Source of the DNA: an uncultured Chloroflexia bacterium
GTDB lineage: Bacteria; Chloroflexota; Limnocylindria; Limnocylindrales; CSP1-4
DNA: 64,000 bases
Assembly (NCBI GenBank): GCA_963746845.1
Contig: CAVVCZ010000008.1
Location: forward strand, 9,385 to 73,384
Direction: 5' to 3'
Positions 62,313 to 64,000 of this stretch are shown one piece after another. Numbering within the stretch: the first letter of the stretch is position 1; every line of letters begins with the position of its first letter. The notes under the pieces were generated by a model that ran no database searches, had not been told where the DNA came from, and saw only the letters and a program-made list of their open reading frames with translations. Made by a program: the position numbers and the translations under genes.

Positions 62313-62464
62313 AGAGTCATCCTCGTGAACCGGGGAGATGTCGCCCGAGCCAATCCAGCAGTCCCACGTCAGGCCACCGGTGTCATGGCCCGATGCCGAC
62401 GCCCGCGATCTTCTTTCTGGTCGATCGCGACCAGCTGCTTCGAGCCGCGCTCGACGCTCAGCAC

Positions 62465-62752
62465 TCAGGCGCCGGCGGGCCGCAGCCGATCGCGGTTCGT
62501 GTAGCCGCCGCCGAACCAGGTGAAGACGTCGAAGGCGAAGCCCAGGATGATCCAGCCGAAGTCGAATCCGGTGATGCCGTCCGGGAAGACGAGGACGTAC
62601 ATCAGCGTCGTCCATGGGGCGACGAGGAAGCCGAGGAACGGCCACACGAAGGTGTCGAACGTCTGGTTCCAGCGCACCGGCTGAACGAGGTACCAGATCA
62701 GAATGGCGGCCCTCGGGCCCGCGGCGAACAGCGCAGCGACGATGCAACACAT
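62465..62752 (-). CDS. Small membrane protein
   Basis: MCC...GPR....W...WP.LGF...PWTTL.Y hydrophobic pattern. Confidence 0.7.
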   Translation of the reverse strand: MCCIVAALFAAGPRAAILIWYLVQPVRWNQTFDTFVWPFLGFLVAPWTTLMYVLVFPDGITGFDFGWIILGFAFDVFTWFGGGYTNRDRLRPAGA

Positions 62753-63022
62753 CGGCCTCAGGGCCCTCCCAGCGCCGAGGCTTCGGACCTCGGGATCAAT
62801 GGATGGTCGATCCATCCAGTGTATCGACCTGCCACCTCGTCGCCCGCCCGCTCGACACGGACCTACCCAGGTCGTGCAATGGCCGCCGGTCCTCCGACCG
62901 GCGGCCACTCGATTCGCGGCCGGAGTGCTACGGCACCGGGATCGACTGCTCGTAGAGCGCGATCTCGATGCGATGGTACGAGCCCCGCAATGGGCGCCCT
63001 CGGCCGTGCCCGTGCGTTCGGA

Positions 63023-64000
63023 TCAGGTCGGGCCGGTGTCCGCGAAGTGCAGCTCGACGAACGGCTTGTGCGGCTTGTCCCGGGTCGAGAAGACCTGGGC
63101 TCGCTGCCTGAACGCCTTGAGGGTGTCGCCGTCTGGCACGCCCGGGTAGGTCTTCGGGTAGGTCGAGACGATGGCCCGGCGCTTGATCTGCCCGCCGGCG
63201 GCCGGCTTCGGGAGCACCTTGTCGAGGATCCCGTCGGGCGGGAGCCCGGTCCGGCTGCCGTGGTGGCTGATCTTCAGGAAGTCGACGGGCTGGAGCGTCG
63301 TCCGCGCGTCCATGGTCTTCCAGCTCCGCTGCTCGGCGTCACCCGTGAACAGCAGCCGCCAACCTTTCCACTCGAGGAGCAGCACGACCGACGTGTTGTT
63401 CGCCGCCTGGTCGATCTGGAGGATCGTCGACGCCGCCCCGTGGCGGACGTCGAGGAGGTTGTAGAACGCGCCGGCGTCCACGCCCCTCGGCGGATCGGGC
63501 GGCGGGTCCGTCGACGCGATCCCATCGAGATCGTCGAAGTCCTCGATCCCGAGCGCGCCGAGTCCCTTCGCCAGCCCCTTGAACTTGCCGTAGTAGTCGG
63601 CCGTGTTCTCCTCTGGCGCCAGGATCGAGATCGTCCCGGGCCCGGACCAGAGCTGGCCGACCTTCGTCGTCCGGTCGACGTAGTGGACGCCGCCCGGGTC
63701 GGTGAGCTGCGTCCGCAGGAAGTCGATGCAGTCCGTCGTGCTCTTCGGGTCGTTCACCGCGAGCAGCGAGCTGACGGTCGGTGATCCGGCCTGTGCGGGG
63801 GTCATCCGGGCACGCACGAAGGCCAGCGCGGCCTGCGCCGCCAGCGCCTGCTTCTTCGCGCCGGGATGCTTGCCGTTCTCGTAGTAGTCGGGATCGGCGG
63901 AACCGGTCAGCCAGGCCTGCTTCGCCTTGATCCGCTTGTTGAAGGTCGTGGCGGAGTAGAACAGGCCCTGGACGTGATCCAGGTGCTCATGGGTCATGAC
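63023..64000 (-). CDS. Metallo-beta-lactamase fold hydrolase (ComEC/Rec2-like), 5' truncated by the window
   Basis: THEHLDH, NNTS.VL, LFTGDAE, KISHHGS. Confidence 0.8.
   Translation of the reverse strand, partial: VMTHEHLDHVQGLFYSATTFNKRIKAKQAWLTGSADPDYYENGKHPGAKKQALAAQAALAFVRARMTPAQAGSPTVSSLLAVNDPKSTTDCIDFLRTQLTDPGGVHYVDRTTKVGQLWSGPGTISILAPEENTADYYGKFKGLAKGLGALGIEDFDDLDGIASTDPPPDPPRGVDAGAFYNLLDVRHGAASTILQIDQAANNTSVVLLLEWKGWRLLFTGDAEQRSWKTMDARTTLQPVDFLKISHHGSRTGLPPDGILDKVLPKPAAGGQIKRRAIVSTYPKTYPGVPDGDTLKAFRQRAQVFSTRDKPHKPFVELHFADTGPT

Overview
High-GC bacterial chromosomal window, probably from a Chloroflexota lineage such as Limnocylindria (inferred from gene content and style, not tested). 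It holds about 55 mostly housekeeping genes: SAM-I riboswitch-thrC, dapB-dapA-dapD, tRNA-His, two MoxR/DUF58/VWA operons (one led by an HtrA-like protease), pgm, a MacAB-like efflux system, APC and MFS transporters, pncB, two tandem gluzincin-like proteins, glgC, an M23 peptidase, pepA, add, ccsB, a divergent FtsH-like operon and class II ribonucleotide reductase with NrdR boxes. I found no CRISPR array, integrase or transposase. The best hidden signal is a putative leaderless leader peptide with Lys-Lys-Lys plus mutually exclusive terminator and antiterminator hairpins upstream of the dap operon, which looks like a ribosome-mediated lysine attenuator. Other highlights are (1) a dispersed 31-bp palindromic repeat family, one cluster of which lies next to an XRE-HTH/PD-(D/E)xK nuclease-like gene; (2) MprA-type TCTCAG-N5-TCTCAG boxes before three envelope or protein-quality operons; and (3) widespread leaderless promoter architecture. 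Four single-base frameshifts in three genes suggest sequencing indels or recent pseudogenisation. Start codons were refined by eye and are approximate.
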